From: a virus
Lineage: Duplodnaviria > Heunggongvirae > Uroviricota > Caudoviricetes
Direction: 5' to 3' (one strand)
DNA: 32,038 nt
IMG/VR virus record: IMGVR_UViG_2778261509_000010
Span: 1-32,038 of that record
Shown here piece after piece: positions 17,932-26,007 of this stretch; position 1 is the first letter of the stretch; each line of letters opens with the position of its first letter. Under the pieces are notes generated by a model, which was given only the letters and a program-made list of their open reading frames with translations, had not been told where the DNA came from and did no database searches. The position numbers and the translations under genes are program-made.

Positions 17932-18055
17932 CCCTGAGACGAACGGCGATTTAAGTGCCGATATCCGACAGCTTGAGAACGCGCTGGCACGCTGTGCCAG
18001 CCAGGTAAAAATGATAAAACACTGTCAGGACGAAAACGATGCTCAAACCCGATAG
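17786..18055 (+). CDS. lysC: LysC, Rz1-like o-spanin lipoprotein (89 aa)
   Basis: Starts in an alternative frame inside lysB and extends past its stop; lipoprotein signal MKTKIFAAGTALACLMLCAGC, Pro-rich mature part. Confidence 0.75.
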   Translation: MKTKIFAAGTALACLMLCAGCTSARPAPTPVIVANACPKVSLCPMPGSDPETNGDLSADIRQLENALARCASQVKMIKHCQDENDAQTR

Positions 18056-18506
18056 CCTGCGCAGGGCGCTGACTGATGCCGTCACGGTGCTGAAAACCAG
18101 TCCCGAGATGCTGCGGATATTCGTTGATAACGGGAGTATTGCCTCCACGCTGGCGACGTCGTTGTCATTCGAAAAGCGTTACACGCTCAATGTGATTGTG
18201 ACCGACTTTACCGGTGATTTTGACCTGCTCATCGTGCCGGTGCTGGCGTGGCTGCGGGAAAATCAGCCCGACATCATGACCACCGACGCAGGCCAGAAAA
18301 AGGGCTTCACGTTTTATGCAGACATCAACAATGACAGCAGCTTTGATATCAGCATTAGCCTGATGCTGACCGAGCGCACGCTGGTCAGTGAGGTGGACGG
18401 CGCACTGCATGTGAAGAATATCCCGGAACCCCCGCCGCCGGAGCCGGTCACCCGCCCGATGGAGCTTTATATCAATGGTGAACTGGTGAGTAAGTGGGAT
18501 GAATGA
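18039..18506 (+). CDS. R: Tail completion protein R (155 aa)
   Basis: Position and size. Confidence 0.8.
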   Translation: MLKPDSLRRALTDAVTVLKTSPEMLRIFVDNGSIASTLATSLSFEKRYTLNVIVTDFTGDFDLLIVPVLAWLRENQPDIMTTDAGQKKGFTFYADINNDSSFDISISLMLTERTLVSEVDGALHVKNIPEPPPPEPVTRPMELYINGELVSKWDE

Positions 18507-18951
18507 GTTTAAGCGTTTTGAAGACCGGCTGACCGGACTGATTGAGTCGCTGTCACCGTCAGGGCGTCGGCGACTGAGTGCCGAACTGGCAAAACGTCTG
18601 CGACAGAGTCAGCAGCGTCGGGTGATGGCACAGAAAGCCCCGGACGGCACACCCTACGCGCCACGCCAGCAGCAGAGCGCCAGAAAAAAGACCGGTCGCG
18701 TTAAGCGAAAAATGTTTGCGAAACTTATCACCAGTCGTTTTTTGCATATCCGCGCCAGCCCGGAGCAGGCATCAATGGAATTTTACGGCGGGAAGTCACC
18801 GAAAATCGCCAGCGTGCATCAGTTCGGTCTGTCGGAAGAAAACAGGAAAGACGGTAAGAAAATTGATTATCCGGCGCGTCCTCTGCTCGGCTTTACCGGT
18901 GAGGATGTGCAGATGATTGAAGAGATTATTCTGGCTCACCTCGACCGTTAG
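18499..18951 (+). CDS. S: Tail completion protein S (150 aa)
   Basis: Position and size; overlaps the R stop. Confidence 0.8.
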   Translation: MNEFKRFEDRLTGLIESLSPSGRRRLSAELAKRLRQSQQRRVMAQKAPDGTPYAPRQQQSARKKTGRVKRKMFAKLITSRFLHIRASPEQASMEFYGGKSPKIASVHQFGLSEENRKDGKKIDYPARPLLGFTGEDVQMIEEIILAHLDR

Positions 18952-19017
18952 TTGTGCCATTCCTGACACCTCATCGTCACATTGCCGCCGGTATGACCCG
19001 GCGGCATCCTTCCCGTT

Positions 19018-19653
19018 ATGAACACTCTCGCAAATATTCAGGAACTCGCGCGCGCACTGCGCAACATGATTCGCACCGGCCTTGTCGTCGAAACCGACCT
19101 TAACGCCGGTCGCTGCCGTGTGCAGACCGGCGGCATGTGCACCGACTGGCTTCAGTGGCTGACCCATCGTGCCGGACGTTCACGCACATGGTGGGCACCT
19201 TCCGTGGGGGAACAGGTGCTGATTCTGGCCGTGGGCGGTGAACTCGACACGGCGTTCGTTCTGCCGGGGATTTATTCCGGCGATAACCCCGCGCCGTCTG
19301 CGTCGGCGGATGCCCTGCATATCCGTTTCCCTGACGGGGCGGTGATTGAGTATGAACCCGAAACCAGTGCACTCACGGTAAGCGGAATTAAAACGGCCAG
19401 CGTGACGGCTTCTGATTCTGTTACTGCCACGGTGCCGGTGGTCACGGTGAAAGCATCAACCCGCGTCACCCTGGACACACCGGAGGTGGTCTGCACCAAC
19501 AGGCTGATTACCGGCACGCTGGAAGTGCAGAAGGGCGGGACGATGCACGGCAACATTGAACACACCGGCGGTGAACTCTCATCAAACGGTAAGGTACTGC
19601 ATACCCATAAACACCCCGGCGACAGCGGCGGCACAACCGGGAGTCCTCTATGA
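19018..19653 (+). CDS. V: Baseplate central spike (211 aa)
   Basis: Position and size; first gene of the V-W-J-I-H-G block after a non-coding gap. Confidence 0.85.
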   Translation: MNTLANIQELARALRNMIRTGLVVETDLNAGRCRVQTGGMCTDWLQWLTHRAGRSRTWWAPSVGEQVLILAVGGELDTAFVLPGIYSGDNPAPSASADALHIRFPDGAVIEYEPETSALTVSGIKTASVTASDSVTATVPVVTVKASTRVTLDTPEVVCTNRLITGTLEVQKGGTMHGNIEHTGGELSSNGKVLHTHKHPGDSGGTTGSPL

Positions 19654-19997
19654 CAGCGCGTTATCTCGGAATGAATCGCAGTGATGGCCTGACTGTCACT
19701 GACCTTGAGCATATCAGCCAGAGTATCGGCGATATCCTGCGCACACCAGTCGGCTCACGGGTGATGCGTCGTGATTACGGCTCGTTGCTGGCGTCAATGA
19801 TTGACCAGCCGCAGACCCCGGCGCTTGAGTTGCAGATTAAGGTCGCCTGTTACATGGCGGTGCTGAAATGGGAACCCCGCGTCACCCTGTCATCCGTCAC
19901 CACTGAGCGCAGTTTTGACGGGCGAATGACGGTCACGTTAACCGGCCAGCACAACGACACCGGCCAGCCACTTTCGTTAACCATCCCTGTGAGTTGA
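19650..19997 (+). CDS. W: Baseplate wedge protein W (gp25-like, 115 aa)
   Basis: Position and size; start overlaps the V stop. Confidence 0.85.
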   Translation: MTARYLGMNRSDGLTVTDLEHISQSIGDILRTPVGSRVMRRDYGSLLASMIDQPQTPALELQIKVACYMAVLKWEPRVTLSSVTTERSFDGRMTVTLTGQHNDTGQPLSLTIPVS

Positions 19998-20001
19998 AAC
20001 C

Positions 20002-20910
20002 ATGCCGATTATCGACCTGAACCAGCTACCCGCACCGGATGTGGTCGAGGAGCTGGACTTTGAAACCATTCTCGCTGAACGCAAGGCGACACTGATTTCC
20101 CTTTACCCGAAAGACCAGCAGGAGGTGGTCGCCCGTACCCTGACGCTGGAGTCTGAGCCTCTCGTCAAACTGCTGGAGGAAAATGCTTATCGTGAGCTTA
20201 TCTGGCGTCAGCGTGTGAATGAGGCCGCACGGGCGGTGATGCTGGCCTGTGCCGCCGGTAATGACCTTGATGTGATTGGTGCCAATTACAACACCACGCG
20301 CCTGATTATCACCCCGGAAGATGATTCGACCATTCCGCCGACACCGGCAGTGATGGAATCTGACACCGATTATCGTCTGCGTATTCAGCAGGCGTTTGAA
20401 GGTTTAAGCGTCGCCGGGTCGGTGGGTGCCTATCAGTATCATGGCCGCAGTGCCGACGGGCGTGTCGCGGATATCTCTGTCACCAGTCCGTCTCCGGCCT
20501 GTGTCACCATCTCTGTGCTGTCACGTGAAAATAACGGTGTGGCATCCGAAGACCTGCTGGCCGTGGTGCGTAACGCCCTTAATGGCGAGGACGTCAGGCC
20601 GGTGGCCGACCGCGTGACCGTGCAGTCTGCCGACATCGTTGAATACCAGATAAACGCCACGCTGTATCTTTACCCTGGTCCCGAAAGCGAACCCATTCGC
20701 GCTGCCGCCGTGAAAAAACTGGAAGCGTATATCACGGCACAGCACCGGCTGGGGCGCGACATCCGTCTGTCTGCCATTTATGCCGCTTTGCATGTGGAAG
20801 GCGTGCAGCGTGTCGAACTGGCTGCACCACTGGCCGACATCGTGCTCAACAGTACGCAGGCGTCTTTCTGTACTGAATACCGCGTCGCGACCGGAGGCTC
20901 GGATGAATGA
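20002..20910 (+). CDS. J: Baseplate wedge protein J (302 aa)
   Basis: Position and size. Confidence 0.85.
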   Translation: MPIIDLNQLPAPDVVEELDFETILAERKATLISLYPKDQQEVVARTLTLESEPLVKLLEENAYRELIWRQRVNEAARAVMLACAAGNDLDVIGANYNTTRLIITPEDDSTIPPTPAVMESDTDYRLRIQQAFEGLSVAGSVGAYQYHGRSADGRVADISVTSPSPACVTISVLSRENNGVASEDLLAVVRNALNGEDVRPVADRVTVQSADIVEYQINATLYLYPGPESEPIRAAAVKKLEAYITAQHRLGRDIRLSAIYAALHVEGVQRVELAAPLADIVLNSTQASFCTEYRVATGGSDE

Positions 20911-21514
20911 TTCGCGACTGCTGCCGACCGGCTCATCACCGCTTGAAGTCGCTGCCGCAAAAGCCTGTGCGGAAATTGAAAAAACGCCGGTCAGTATTCG
21001 TGAGCTGTGGAACCCGGACACCTGTCCGGCAAATCTGCTGCCGTGGCTGGCGTGGTCATTTTCGGTTGACCGCTGGGATGATAAGTGGCCGGAAGCGACA
21101 AAACGCGCTGTTATCCGCGATGCGTATTTCATTCACTGCCATAAGGGCACTATAGGCGCAATCCGGCGTGTGGTGGAGCCGCTCGGCTATCTGATTGAGG
21201 TGAGGGAGTGGTGGCAACTCAACGAGGAGCCGGGGACGTTCCGCATCGTTGTTGGTGTGCTTGAGCAGGGTATTACCGAGGAAATGTATCAGGAGCTGGA
21301 GCGCCTCGTTGCTGATGCAAAACCGGCAAGCCGCCATCTGACGGGACTGGCTATCAGCTTAAGTACAACCGGCAACATTTTTGCCGGTGCGGGATGCTAT
21401 CACGGTGACGCCCTGACGGTTTATCCCTACACCCCGGAGGCCATTATTGTCAGAGGGGATTATTTCCCGGCCTCGGCCATTCATTTAATTGATAACCTGA
21501 GAGTAAACGCATGA
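20903..21514 (+). CDS. I: Baseplate wedge protein I (203 aa)
   Basis: ATG at 20903 (MNDSRLLPTGSSPLEVAAAK...) overlapping the J stop. Confidence 0.8.
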   Translation: MNDSRLLPTGSSPLEVAAAKACAEIEKTPVSIRELWNPDTCPANLLPWLAWSFSVDRWDDKWPEATKRAVIRDAYFIHCHKGTIGAIRRVVEPLGYLIEVREWWQLNEEPGTFRIVVGVLEQGITEEMYQELERLVADAKPASRHLTGLAISLSTTGNIFAGAGCYHGDALTVYPYTPEAIIVRGDYFPASAIHLIDNLRVNA

Positions 21515-23241
21515 CAGTGAAATACTACGCCATTCTGACTAATCAGGGCGCGGCACGGCTGGCTAACGCGACGATGCTCGGCAGTAAGCTGAATCTGACG
21601 CAAATGGCCGTTGGTGATGCGAATGGTGTCTTGCCGACACCAGACCCGGCACAGACAAAACTGATTAACCAGAAACGCATCGCGCCGCTGAATCTTCTGA
21701 GTGTTGACCCGAACAACCAGAGCCAGATTATTGCGGAGCAAATCATCCCGGAGAACGAGGGCGGATTCTGGATCCGTGAGATAGGTCTTTATGATGATGA
21801 AGGCGTACTCATTGCGGTGGCGAACTGCCCGGAAACGTACAAACCACAGTTACAGGAAGGCAGTGGTCGTACCCAGACCATCCGTATGATTCTGGTCGTC
21901 TCGAATACCGAAGCCATCACGCTGAAAATCGACCCGTCAGTGGTACTTGCGACCCGCCAGTATGTAGATCAGCAAATAGAAGTTCATGAGCAATCGCGCC
22001 GTCATCCATCTGCTTCTTTGACAGAAAAGGGATTTGTACGTCTGTATAGCGGTGTGGAAAGCAATGATGAAACAGTCGCTGCAACGCCAAAAGCAGTGAA
22101 AATAGCGATGGATAATGCCAGCGCCAGACTGGCAAAAGACCGCAATGGTTCTGATATTCCCAATCCGGCACTGTTTGTTCAGAATCTGGGATTGAAAACG
22201 ACTGTTGATAAAGCAGCATCAGCGATTCAGCCAGGAGATTATGGAATTGGTCTGGCTTATCTGAAAACCATGGGAACCAAATCGCAATTTTTTGCTTACA
22301 GTACAGCTGTCGGCTATCCAGAAGTGCCAACACATGGTGCTGGTTTCCAGGCCTGTTACAACGACAATCGGCGTGCACAAATTTATGTCGCTAATGATGG
22401 CAAGATGTACTGTCGATTCAGCATGTTATCGAAAATTGCCGATGATGAAACACCGTGGAATCAGGTGTTCACCAGTGCACATTATCCAGAAGCATCAGTG
22501 AGTGTTAAAGGAATGGTGCAACTGGGGAGCGATGTAAACAGCGTGTCAGAAAATGTTGCGGCGACATTGAAAGCGGTAAAAATTGCGATGGACAACGCCA
22601 GCGCGAGACTGGCAAAGGACCGCAATGGTGCTGATATTCCTGACCCGACTTTGTTTATTCAGAATCTGGGACTTAAACCGACAGTTGATAAGGCTGAAAG
22701 TGCTCTGCAACAGGGAGCATACGGAATCGGTAGCAAAAATAACTACGAAATGGGTGAGGTTTCACAGTTTCTTGCATATTCAGGTAATGCAGATGAAGTG
22801 CCATCGAATGGTGCAGGTTTTCAGGCTGCGTATAACAAGAACAGACGCGCGCAGATTTTCATCACCGGAGCAGGGGAAATGTATCACCGTTTCAGCGGCT
22901 CTGATACGGTTAAAGACAGTACAACACTATGGCGTCGGGGTGTTTGTGAAGATGAATTTTCATTTGGCAGCAATTATCACCGAATAACTGGCGGTGTGCT
23001 GAAGCAGTTTTTTAACAGTTATTTTTCCGGGGAAACTGGTGTGGTGAATAAAAATTATCAGGTGAATTTTCCGACACCATTTGCCCGTCAGTGCTGGTAC
23101 GTGATCCCTGTTTTCCGTTCGGCACACGGTGGGAGTGTTGAGGGGGTTGCCATTACAACTATTACTGCAACTGGTTTTACTCTGAGCATCACCGGAGATA
23201 ACGGTGGATGGAATATTGGGTTTATTGCGGAGGGGGTCTGA
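21511..23241 (+). CDS. H: Tail fibre protein (576 aa) with internal tandem duplication
   Basis: Position after I. Two ~100-aa segments are near-identical (ATPKAVKIAMDNASARLAKDRNG... and AATLKAVKIAMDNASARLAKDRNG...). Confidence 0.85.
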   Translation: MTVKYYAILTNQGAARLANATMLGSKLNLTQMAVGDANGVLPTPDPAQTKLINQKRIAPLNLLSVDPNNQSQIIAEQIIPENEGGFWIREIGLYDDEGVLIAVANCPETYKPQLQEGSGRTQTIRMILVVSNTEAITLKIDPSVVLATRQYVDQQIEVHEQSRRHPSASLTEKGFVRLYSGVESNDETVAATPKAVKIAMDNASARLAKDRNGSDIPNPALFVQNLGLKTTVDKAASAIQPGDYGIGLAYLKTMGTKSQFFAYSTAVGYPEVPTHGAGFQACYNDNRRAQIYVANDGKMYCRFSMLSKIADDETPWNQVFTSAHYPEASVSVKGMVQLGSDVNSVSENVAATLKAVKIAMDNASARLAKDRNGADIPDPTLFIQNLGLKPTVDKAESALQQGAYGIGSKNNYEMGEVSQFLAYSGNADEVPSNGAGFQAAYNKNRRAQIFITGAGEMYHRFSGSDTVKDSTTLWRRGVCEDEFSFGSNYHRITGGVLKQFFNSYFSGETGVVNKNYQVNFPTPFARQCWYVIPVFRSAHGGSVEGVAITTITATGFTLSITGDNGGWNIGFIAEGV

Positions 23242-23678
23242 TGAGTTATTTTTACAGTCCATCAAGAAATGCATTTTATAACAGTGAACTGAAATCTGAT
23301 TATTACGATGCTCTCGATGCGTGGCCGGATGACTGTATTGAGGTAAGTGATGCAGTCTATCAGGAGTTTTATCTTGGTTATCGGGAAGGGTACAAAATGG
23401 TTGCAGGCACTGATAACCAGCCATCATGGGAAGAACGTCCACCATTGACCCATGAGGAACAGGTGGAACAGGCAGAAATGATGAAACAGATGCGCATTAA
23501 TGAGGCTAACAACCTGATTAATGAAAAACAATGGCCATCAAAATTACAGCTTGGCAGGCTGAGCGAATTAGAAAAGAATAGTTTTAATGCTGTACTGGAT
23601 TACCTTGATGCACTGGATAAAGTTGATATTAGTACGGCACCTGATATTGACTGGCCGGTAAGTAGCTTCAACAAATGA
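23241..23678 (+). CDS. G: Tail fibre assembly chaperone (145 aa)
   Basis: ATG at 23241 overlapping the H stop (TGATG); position. Confidence 0.75.
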   Translation: MSYFYSPSRNAFYNSELKSDYYDALDAWPDDCIEVSDAVYQEFYLGYREGYKMVAGTDNQPSWEERPPLTHEEQVEQAEMMKQMRINEANNLINEKQWPSKLQLGRLSELEKNSFNAVLDYLDALDKVDISTAPDIDWPVSSFNK

Positions 23679-23801
23679 TTGCAGTTGTCTGAATAAATTT
23701 TCTGGTTGGTGTTGTACCAGGTGTTAGCCAACCTGGATAAATAGATTGCAATAATAGCTCAACAGAAAATGCACTCACCCATTAACCACGGAGTTAAACG
23801 G

Positions 23802-24992
23802 ATGAGTGACTATCATCACGGCGTGCAGGTGCTGGAGATTAACGACGGCACCCGCGTCATTTCCACTGTATCCACTGCCATTGTCGGCATGGTCTGCACG
23901 GCCAGCGATGCGGATGCGGAAACCTTCCCCCTCAATAAACCGGTGCTGATTACCAATGTGCAGAGCGCAATTGCAAAGGCCGGTAAAAAAGGCACGCTGG
24001 CGGCATCGTTGCAGGCCATCGCCGACCAGTCAAAACCGGTCACCGTTGTCGTGCGTGTGGAAGACGGCACCGGCGACGACGAGGAAACGAAACTCGCGCA
24101 GACCGTTTCCAATATCATCGGCACCACTGACGAAAACGGTCAGTACACCGGACTGAAAGCCCTGCTGGCGGCGGAGTCGGTAACCGGTGTTAAACCGCGT
24201 ATTCTTGGTGTGCCGGGGCTGGATACCAAAGAGGTGGCTGTTGCACTGGCATCAGTCTGTCAGAAGCTGCGCGCTTTCGGATATATCAGCGCATGGGGCT
24301 GTAAAACCATTTCCGAGGTGAAAGCCTACCGCCAGAATTTCAGCCAGCGTGAGCTGATGGTCATCTGGCCGGATTTCCTCGCATGGGATACGGTCACCAG
24401 TACCACCGCCACCGCGTATGCCACCGCCCGTGCGCTGGGTCTGCGTGCCAAAATCGACCAGGAGCAGGGCTGGCATAAAACGCTGTCCAACGTCGGGGTA
24501 AACGGTGTTACCGGCATCAGCGCATCTGTATTCTGGGATTTGCAGGAGTCCGGCACCGATGCTGACCTGCTTAACGAGTCAGGCGTCACTACGCTGATTC
24601 GCCGCGACGGTTTCCGATTCTGGGGTAACCGTACCTGCTCTGATGACCCGCTGTTCCTCTTTGAAAACTACACCCGCACCGCGCAGGTGCTGGCCGACAC
24701 GATGGCTGAGGCGCACATGTGGGCGGTGGACAAGCCCATCACTGCAACGCTGATTCGCGACATTGTTGACGGCATCAATGCCAAATTCCGTGAGCTGAAA
24801 ACAAACGGCTATATCGTGGATGCGACCTGCTGGTTCAGCGAAGAATCCAACGATGCGGAAACCCTCAAGGCCGGAAAATTGTATATCGACTACGACTATA
24901 CACCGGTGCCTCCTCTCGAAAACCTGACCCTGCGCCAGCGTATTACCGATAAATACCTGGCAAATCTGGTCACCTCGGTTAACAGCAATTAA
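23802..24992 (+). CDS. FI: Tail sheath protein (396 aa)
   Basis: ATG at 23802 with GGAG Shine-Dalgarno (MSDYHHGVQVLEIN...); size and position. Confidence 0.9.
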   Translation: MSDYHHGVQVLEINDGTRVISTVSTAIVGMVCTASDADAETFPLNKPVLITNVQSAIAKAGKKGTLAASLQAIADQSKPVTVVVRVEDGTGDDEETKLAQTVSNIIGTTDENGQYTGLKALLAAESVTGVKPRILGVPGLDTKEVAVALASVCQKLRAFGYISAWGCKTISEVKAYRQNFSQRELMVIWPDFLAWDTVTSTTATAYATARALGLRAKIDQEQGWHKTLSNVGVNGVTGISASVFWDLQESGTDADLLNESGVTTLIRRDGFRFWGNRTCSDDPLFLFENYTRTAQVLADTMAEAHMWAVDKPITATLIRDIVDGINAKFRELKTNGYIVDATCWFSEESNDAETLKAGKLYIDYDYTPVPPLENLTLRQRITDKYLANLVTSVNSN

Positions 24993-25004
24993 GGAGCCTG
25001 ACCG

Positions 25005-25523
25005 ATGGCAATGCCGCGCAAACTCAAGTTAATGAACGTCTTTCTGAACGGCTACAGCTATCAGGGCGTTGCAAAGTCCGTCACGCTGCCAAAACTGACC
25101 CGTAAGCTCGAAAACTATCGCGGTGCGGGGATGAACGGCAGCGCACCGGTAGACCTCGGCCTTGATGACGATGCGCTGTCAATGGAGTGGTCGCTCGGTG
25201 GCTTCCCGGATTCGGTTATCTGGGAGCTTTACGCCGCAACCGGTGTGGATGCCGTGCCGATTCGTTTTGCAGGCTCTTACCAGCGCGACGATACCGGCGA
25301 AACGGTGGCCGTCGAAGTGGTCATGCGTGGACGTCAGAAAGAAATCGACACCGGCGAGGGCAAACAGGGAGAAGACACCGAGTCGAAAATCTCCGTGGTC
25401 TGCACCTATTTCCGGCTGACGATGGACGGCAAGGAGCTGGTCGAAATCGACACCATCAACATGATTGAGAAGGTGAACGGCGTCGACCGGCTGGAGCAAC
25501 ACCGCCGCAATATCGGCCTGTGA
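25005..25523 (+). CDS. FII: Tail tube protein (172 aa)
   Basis: Position and size; AAGGAG Shine-Dalgarno. Confidence 0.9.
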   Translation: MAMPRKLKLMNVFLNGYSYQGVAKSVTLPKLTRKLENYRGAGMNGSAPVDLGLDDDALSMEWSLGGFPDSVIWELYAATGVDAVPIRFAGSYQRDDTGETVAVEVVMRGRQKEIDTGEGKQGEDTESKISVVCTYFRLTMDGKELVEIDTINMIEKVNGVDRLEQHRRNIGL

Positions 25524-25579
25524 TTTTCATCCGGTCAGCCAGGCTGACCGGTTAACCCTGATTCAGAAGTGAGAAAACC

Positions 25580-25855
25580 ATGAACAAAGAAAATGTCATT
25601 ACCCTGGACAATCCGGTCAAACGTGGTGAGCAGGTTATCGAACAGGTCACACTGATGAAACCCAATGCCGGGACGCTGCGCGGTGTCAGTCTGGCAGCGG
25701 TCGCGAACTCCGAAGTCGATGCACTGATTAAGGTGCTGCCGCGCATGACGGCACCGATGCTGACCGAGCAGGAGGTCGCCGCGCTGGAACTGCCTGACCT
25801 TGTGGCGCTGGCCGGTAAGGTGGTCGGTTTTTTGTCTCCGAACTCGGTGCAGTGA
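25580..25855 (+). CDS. E: Tail assembly chaperone E (91 aa)
   Basis: Small acidic protein directly upstream of the tape measure gene; contains slippery G GTT TTT TG near its 3' end. Confidence 0.8.
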   Translation: MNKENVITLDNPVKRGEQVIEQVTLMKPNAGTLRGVSLAAVANSEVDALIKVLPRMTAPMLTEQEVAALELPDLVALAGKVVGFLSPNSVQ

Positions 25856-26007
25856 CGTTTCCGAAAAATCTCTCGGTCGATGACCTGATGGCAGATGTGG
25901 CAGTGATATTTCACTGGCCGCCATCAGAACTGTATCCCATGAGCCTGACCGAACTCATCACATGGCGCGAAAAGGCGCTCCGGCGAAGCGGAAACACGAA
26001 TGAGTAA
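25580..26007 (+). CDS. E': E+E' fusion produced by -1 programmed ribosomal frameshift (shift at about 25826-25834)
   Basis: The -1 frame is open from the T6 slippery site to a TAA at 26005-26007, overlapping the T start; conserved chaperone-frameshift arrangement of tailed phages. Confidence 0.65.

Noticed and set aside
21511-23678. Invertible tail-fibre segment (Mu G-segment or P1 C-segment style) around H and G
   Set aside because: No flanking inverted repeats and no invertase gene; the repeat in H is direct, not inverted.
25531-25551. Inverted repeat CCGGTCAGCC / GGCTGACCGG between FII and E, considered as a terminator
   Set aside because: No clear downstream T-run and the genes are expected to be co-transcribed; at most an attenuator.
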